A stretch of DNA of 64,000 nt, from positions 32,001 to 96,000 of IMG/VR virus record IMGVR_UViG_3300033141_004289; one strand, written 5' to 3'. The stretch is from a virus. The notes under the pieces were generated by a model, which was given only the letters and a program-made list of their open reading frames with translations, did not search any database and was not told where the DNA came from. Both the position numbers and the translations under genes were made by a program. Below are positions 58,826 through 64,000 of this stretch, in pieces. Positions within the stretch are counted from its first letter, which is position 1, and every line of letters begins with the position of its first letter.

Positions 58826-59350
58826 TTAAAACCCCTTCCTTCGTCCAAACTCCGCTAATAGTACTGCATCAACAAGGCCATCATGCGGCACCGTACATCT
58901 AGTAGATGCCAAAAATGATTCATTAGGAAATAACCTAGTTACAGTTAATAGTGATGTTTTTTTTGTATCTTTTACTTGTTTGCCTTTAGACTTTTTAAAC
59001 TGAATTTTCGTTCCTACCCAGATAACTTTTTGCCAAGTTTGGGGTAATACGGCCGTATAAGGTATTCTTAATACTGCTAGAATCCCTTCTATTTTTCCGG
59101 ATTGTTTTGAAAGAGAAGTAGCTGCTTTTTTACTATAACCAAAGAATCCAGCAAATCTTTCAAGTACAACATGAGTGTTCTTTTTTCTATATTTATTCAA
59201 AATTGTAGCTATTCTCATTAAATCCAAATCACCACCAATTAATGGCATGATACACTTAAAAATTAATTTATTGTTTTTTAATACAACAATTCCACCCTTC
59301 AAACCCAGATCAATCCCTACATAGTATTTATCTTCCATAACAAAATCCAT
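58826..59350 (-). CDS. ruvC: RuvC-like Holliday junction resolvase
   Basis: YVGIDLGLKGG, VVLE, PQTWQK, HDGLVDAVLLA. Confidence 0.85.
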   Translation of the reverse strand: MDFVMEDKYYVGIDLGLKGGIVVLKNNKLIFKCIMPLIGGDLDLMRIATILNKYRKKNTHVVLERFAGFFGYSKKAATSLSKQSGKIEGILAVLRIPYTAVLPQTWQKVIWVGTKIQFKKSKGKQVKDTKKTSLLTVTRLFPNESFLASTRCTVPHDGLVDAVLLAEFGRRKGF

Positions 59351-59356
59351 AATCCC

Positions 59357-61399
59357 TTAAATAAAACTGGCTTCACTGTGATTTTCAAACCTAGTAACCC
59401 TTAAAATATTTGGTACTGAGTTTTTAATTTCTTCCTTGTGTGAAACCATTAATATTTGGCTATATCCTAATTTTTGAACCAATACTCTGGTTACTGAATT
59501 TATTATCCCTGATGCTAAATGGCTGTCTAATGCACTGTCAACTTCATCTAAAAATAACATATTCAGTCTAAAATTATTTTGTCTTCGTTTATACATTGTT
59601 AGAGCAATTCTAACTACATATGAAATAATTACTTTTCCACCACCACTATCCATACTGAAGTCTTTTTCAATACCGTTTTCGATGATTTTAAGGCTTATTT
59701 CGTCCTTTCTTTGCTTCATCCTAAGGTTATTACATAACGGGCATTCTTTCCCTCTATGGCCCTTTTCAAACACGTATCCACACCCACATATTGGCTCATT
59801 TTTAGAGAGCTCTTTATCAGGACTAAACAATAGTGTTAGATTATGCCCTAATTCTTTTAACAACATATTACAATCATCTTCTATTTCTTGAAAAGCATTT
59901 TCTATCTCATTTGCTACAATTCCGTTTTTTGAGAACATTCCAGCTATAAATCTTAGATCACCCATTATTCTTTTCAGCTTTATATTCTTTTCAGCTACTT
60001 CATCAATCTTCTTAATAGCTTCTGTTGCCCGCTTTTTTCTAACTTTTAAACCACCTAATTTTTGATCAAATTCTCTATTATCTAATGAGATATCATCTAA
60101 TTCATCATTTAGTTTTTCAATTTTTTCTTCAATATCGTCTGAATTTATTTCTAATATATCTTGCAGCTTATTTATTTTTAATTGTATTTCTGGCCTTGTA
60201 TCTTCTATCTTAGTTTCACTGATCTCTTTTTTAATTCTTTTTATTTCTCTGTCATTATAGTCGATATCATCTAAAGCATTATCCACTTTATCATATCTTT
60301 TTAAGCTTTTTTCACCTTCTTTTATAACTCGTTTAATTTCTAGTAACTCGGATTCTAGTGTTTTTATATCAGACTTTTTAAATTCTACCTTGTCACATTC
60401 TTCTTTTAAAATAGGACAAAATCCATTTTTATTAGTCTTTATTTTATCAATAGTTCTAGCAGTTTCGGCCATATTATTTTTACAATTTGCTAACTCAGTA
60501 ACTAATTCATCTCTATCAGGTAATTCAATTACATCTTTTTGATACTCTTTATTCTCTTCTATTAACTTTTTTACTTTTTTCTGAAGTTTTGATATTTTTA
60601 AACCAATATTACTAATATCTTCTTGCTCCCTTACATAGTCTTTATATTTAATTCTTGCGTTATTTTTAATATCTTTTAGATCATTTAAATTAATTCTTTC
60701 TTTTTTAATATCTTCTTTTACTTCGTTGTAACTTTCAATGCTTTCATCTAGTTCTTCTTTAGTTGATTCTATAGCAATATTTAAGTCATCAATATCTTCT
60801 AACGACTCTTCTAATGCCTTTTTAACTGCTTCATTGTCAGCTAATCTACTAGAATATAGCTTTATATCTTCCATTACAGCATCATATTTATTTTTCCAAT
60901 GATCTATATTCATTGATCTCATAAGATATTTTGACTTATCGGAAGGGCTTAAATCCATAAATCCATTAATATCTGCTTGTTTGAAAAAAGAAGTTAGTTC
61001 AAAATCAGCTTTATTAATACCAAATAAATCTTCAATTGCTTCTGTTGATTCACGTACTTTTTGAAGCCAATCTAATTCTAAAACTGTTTTATTTTTATGA
61101 TCGACACCTCTTCTAATAGTGTATTTTTTTCCACTAGAATCACTAAAAATACCTTTTACAATCATCACCTTTTTACCATGATGAATCATATTTACATTCT
61201 TTTTTGCTCTAGTTGTGCCAACTAAAAGATACTTTATTGCTTCCATTAGAAGAGTTTTACCGCTTCTATTAGACCTTCTTTTATCATTAGCGTATTCAGC
61301 TAATATTCCAACGACAGATTTATCACTAAAATCTAATTTTACATCTTTAAATATGCCAAAATTCTTTAGTTCTAAATAGTCTAACTGAATTTTTTCCAT
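59357..61399 (-). CDS. sbcC: Rad50/SbcC-like ATPase (gp46-like)
   Basis: SNRSGKT Walker A, Q-loop FFKQ, coiled coil, SGGGK signature, LFLDEVDSALD, VSH. Confidence 0.9.
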   Translation of the reverse strand: MEKIQLDYLELKNFGIFKDVKLDFSDKSVVGILAEYANDKRRSNRSGKTLLMEAIKYLLVGTTRAKKNVNMIHHGKKVMIVKGIFSDSSGKKYTIRRGVDHKNKTVLELDWLQKVRESTEAIEDLFGINKADFELTSFFKQADINGFMDLSPSDKSKYLMRSMNIDHWKNKYDAVMEDIKLYSSRLADNEAVKKALEESLEDIDDLNIAIESTKEELDESIESYNEVKEDIKKERINLNDLKDIKNNARIKYKDYVREQEDISNIGLKISKLQKKVKKLIEENKEYQKDVIELPDRDELVTELANCKNNMAETARTIDKIKTNKNGFCPILKEECDKVEFKKSDIKTLESELLEIKRVIKEGEKSLKRYDKVDNALDDIDYNDREIKRIKKEISETKIEDTRPEIQLKINKLQDILEINSDDIEEKIEKLNDELDDISLDNREFDQKLGGLKVRKKRATEAIKKIDEVAEKNIKLKRIMGDLRFIAGMFSKNGIVANEIENAFQEIEDDCNMLLKELGHNLTLLFSPDKELSKNEPICGCGYVFEKGHRGKECPLCNNLRMKQRKDEISLKIIENGIEKDFSMDSGGGKVIISYVVRIALTMYKRRQNNFRLNMLFLDEVDSALDSHLASGIINSVTRVLVQKLGYSQILMVSHKEEIKNSVPNILRVTRFENHSEASFI

Positions 61400-61965
61400 T
61401 ATAAGCTTTCCAATATATCTCTTTCGGCATCTAAATTTCTATTATTTGCTTTCGTTTCACAAAATTTATCACCGAATCTTTGCTGTAATTTAGCTATATT
61501 ATTTGTTTTAATATCGTCCAAATTAAAACCTAGTCCTGTAATCATAAAATAAACTGTATTAAAAATCTCTTGACACTTTTCCTCGATAGTATCGTTATTT
61601 ATAAGCCTTGCATAAAATGCTTTTTTCTTATAAAAGTCTAATAATTGACTTGATTGCATTGCCAATTTCTCAACTGTATCGTGGAAATTTATATATAAAA
61701 TTCGTTCAAAATATCGGTCTGCTGTTATTATGGATAATTCAAAATCAAATTCTCTTTCAAATATCGCTAAATACCATAAAATATCACCTATCTCTTCGGC
61801 TAAATTAACTGCATCAACTTCTTTTCTGTTCATTGCTTCAAGCAATTCACCTACTTCTGTGCATATTCCGATTGCTCCATGTAATAACCTTAGTTCAAAT
61901 TTATCAAGATGAAATACGTCACTCATTGTTTTATTGCTTAATTCTTTATACTCTTTACTATCCAT
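61399..61965 (-). CDS. MazG-like nucleotide pyrophosphohydrolase
   Basis: GICTEVGELLE...EEIGDILWY; NIAKLQQRF. Confidence 0.8.
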   Translation of the reverse strand: MDSKEYKELSNKTMSDVFHLDKFELRLLHGAIGICTEVGELLEAMNRKEVDAVNLAEEIGDILWYLAIFEREFDFELSIITADRYFERILYINFHDTVEKLAMQSSQLLDFYKKKAFYARLINNDTIEEKCQEIFNTVYFMITGLGFNLDDIKTNNIAKLQQRFGDKFCETKANNRNLDAERDILESL

Positions 61966-61966
61966 T

Positions 61967-63172
61967 TTATATCTCCAAATATTTTTTAGTTCGTTTATAG
62001 ATTCTTTTTGCTTTACTAAGATCAGTTCTTAAATTCTTTTTTAGATACACCTTAATTTTATCATCCAAAGGTAAACTCATTTTTTGGTCTACTGATCTAA
62101 CTACCTTTTTAATAACTACTCTTGGGATAATAGGCTTTACATGGCAGTTATGCTTCTCAATTTCTTTTTTTATATCATCCCAATTATAGGTATTATTTTC
62201 TGGGTTAATCATTACATCAATTTTAACAATAGGGTTATTTTCGGGGATAATGGTATTCATAAATTCCTTAACCTCCTTAATATCAAAAAAGTCAGTTGTT
62301 TCACCAATCATATTTAATTCTAATTCTTTAAAATCTATGCAATTAGTGGCTATGAAGCCTATTTCATCTTCTGTTCCAAGTTGGTTTGAAATACTTATAT
62401 CACAAAAATACTTGGTTCCCTTTTCACCAAATCCACAAAATATTGGTGACCCAACAACATATAAGTTATCTTCAATATAATGACTATGTAGATGGGCCTG
62501 AATTATCTTAGGAGGTATGAATCCAATAGGTACGCTTGTAAAACATTTGGGAAGAAATACATCTGATTTTTTTAATAAATTCTCTTCACTTCCCGTATGT
62601 GCACCAAGTACATTTAAATGACTAAATACATAGTGCTGTGAACCAACTCCTACATTTTGTAAAATCTTCTCGCATCTTTTATCTATATATTGTTGTGGGG
62701 TAATTTCTTTTCTAATCTTCCCATCATTCATTTTTTTAACAATTAATGCCTTTGAAATATGGGGTAAAAACGTAAAATACAATGGGCCATTATCAAATGT
62801 GCCTATATTAATAAATTTAATATCATCTATTAAAGTAATTGAGGGATAACCAACCTTTATTTTTCTAATAAAGGATAAGCAAGATAATCTTTCAGGATCA
62901 GATATTGAATCATGATTACCAACCATAATATAGGTTTTTATATTATGCTTATGGATTAAATTTAGAACCTGTATGAATTTAGAAATATGGTATTCAGAGG
63001 GTGTATTAGTATTAAAAATATCCCCACCTAGAATTAATATAACATCTTCTTTTTTAGAGGCCCAATAGCAGTGACCAACTATCTTTTTTCCAATATTTAT
63101 AATCTCATCTGTTCTATCAATATTGTCTGTTTTAAGATTGATATGCCAATCGGATGAAAATACTACTCTCAT
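61967..63172 (-). CDS. sbcD: Mre11/SbcD-like nuclease (gp47-like)
   Basis: SDWH, GGDIF, GNHD, HLH metallophosphoesterase motifs. Confidence 0.9.
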   Translation of the reverse strand: MRVVFSSDWHINLKTDNIDRTDEIINIGKKIVGHCYWASKKEDVILILGGDIFNTNTPSEYHISKFIQVLNLIHKHNIKTYIMVGNHDSISDPERLSCLSFIRKIKVGYPSITLIDDIKFINIGTFDNGPLYFTFLPHISKALIVKKMNDGKIRKEITPQQYIDKRCEKILQNVGVGSQHYVFSHLNVLGAHTGSEENLLKKSDVFLPKCFTSVPIGFIPPKIIQAHLHSHYIEDNLYVVGSPIFCGFGEKGTKYFCDISISNQLGTEDEIGFIATNCIDFKELELNMIGETTDFFDIKEVKEFMNTIIPENNPIVKIDVMINPENNTYNWDDIKKEIEKHNCHVKPIIPRVVIKKVVRSVDQKMSLPLDDKIKVYLKKNLRTDLSKAKRIYKRTKKYLEI

Positions 63173-63429
63173 TTTCTAACCCATTTTCTTGAGCTAATAT
63201 CGTATTTTCTACTTTTCTTATAAAATACCTCATAGTCTAATATAATTAAAAATACTAATAATGCTGGAACAACTAGCATTAAGGCTATTAATATAAACCA
63301 AAAATTTGCCATAAATGAGGTACTGCTATCATTAGCAAACTTCCAGCACTTAGGAATTAAATCAGTTAATATAAAAAATGTTCCAACACTTAATCCTGTA
63401 TATTTTAAAATATTTTTAATCATTATCAT
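63169..63429 (-). CDS. two-TM membrane protein
   Basis: Two hydrophobic segments, basic C-tail. Confidence 0.5.
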   Translation of the reverse strand: MIMIKNILKYTGLSVGTFFILTDLIPKCWKFANDSSTSFMANFWFILIALMLVVPALLVFLIILDYEVFYKKSRKYDISSRKWVRK

Positions 63430-64000
63430 CCTCTAAACCAGTTTTAACTGCTTCAAATTCATCATCGTCTTCTTCAAATGTACCTGTCCAAACTGGTTCT
63501 AAAAACTCGGGATAATCTGTTATTAAGATATTTAGTTCATTCATTCCATAAAACTTATCTTTAAAATCTTCTTTTTCTTTAATAACTTTTACACCAACTC
63601 TACTTTTTGTTAATGCTTCTCCATCTGAATCAAATTTTGTAGAACCAACTTTAACCAATTCATCATTAACTAATAGTTCAACTAATCCAGAAAATGGGTC
63701 TAACCCACTAGCATATCTAACATCTGTAATAGTTGTTTGAAATGGCCTAACAGCTCTATTTTTATTTGTAGTCCATTCTGTTCGCATACCTGTATAAACT
63801 ATTCTACCGTTTTTCTTTTCAATGGATTTAACTGTTTTTTTCAATTTACCAAGTAATTTACCTTGTAATCTTTGTGTGGCCCAAAACTTGATTTTTTCTT
63901 CTGCATTTGATTTATATGGATTCCCATATGTTATTGAATGGTCTTTAGTTAATTGATTTAATAAAATAAATGTTGCCCCAAATTTATCAAATACAGGAAT
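63416..64000 (-). CDS. recA: RecA/UvsX-like recombinase, C-terminal part (runs off window)
   Basis: Frame open to edge: FILLNQL...YGNPY...IKFWATQR...KNRAVRPF...SGLD. Confidence 0.8.
   Translation of the reverse strand: MPVFDKFGATFILLNQLTKDHSITYGNPYKSNAEEKIKFWATQRLQGKLLGKLKKTVKSIEKKNGRIVYTGMRTEWTTNKNRAVRPFQTTITDVRYASGLDPFSGLVELLVNDELVKVGSTKFDSDGEALTKSRVGVKVIKEKEDFKDKFYGMNELNILITDYPEFLEPVWTGTFEEDDDEFEAVKTGLEDDND

Noticed and set aside
6995-62480. Antisense and alternate-frame ORFs in the track (e.g. 7592-8155, 13248-13553, 26793-27143, 56775-57095)
   Set aside because: They lie within well-supported genes, lack RBSs and have shadow-ORF composition
1-64000. CRISPR array, tRNA genes, introns/inteins, stop-codon recoding
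   Set aside because: Intergenic gaps are short with no spaced repeats or cloverleafs seen; core genes are uninterrupted and of normal size; TAA, TAG and TGA all end genes
1-64000. Prophage or bacterial contractile injection system rather than a phage
   Set aside because: Portal, protease, capsid and phage-type recombination genes are present; no integrase or host housekeeping genes in the window

Overview
AT-rich segment of a large, T4-like (contractile-tailed) dsDNA phage genome read in the standard code. The centre (about 6.3-50.3 kb, + strand) is one long morphogenesis block: portal, prohead core proteins, protease-scaffold fusion, major capsid, neck, sheath, tube, baseplate, tape measure and many fibre/receptor-binding genes. 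Two early-type gene clusters are transcribed away from it (5.1->1.25 kb, with ArdC and a DUF6011-like gene; 51.5->57.4 kb, with a SprT-like gene and an HNH-AP2 endonuclease). Each starts at a copy of the same sigma70-type promoter, whose -35 and -10 boxes each lie inside their own inverted repeat. The right end (- strand) is a recombination/repair cluster: RecA/UvsX, Mre11/SbcD, MazG-like, Rad50/SbcC, RuvC, cold-shock protein and a LigA fragment. The most notable unannotated signals are: (1) about 10 otherwise unrelated small genes in the structural block sharing an N-terminal MKL-x-(N/E)-E-I-x-x-L-x-E leader like the T4 capsid-targeting sequence, a candidate injected-cargo system that includes a cold-shock-fold protein; (2) the double-palindrome promoters; (3) a start-less ORF before the tape measure gene that appears reachable only by a +1 frameshift at CCG-TTT-CGT; (4) competing anti-SD/SD structures in the major capsid leader. 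I saw no terminase, tRNA, CRISPR array, integrase or reverse transcriptase. All family calls come from motif recognition by eye, not from database searches.
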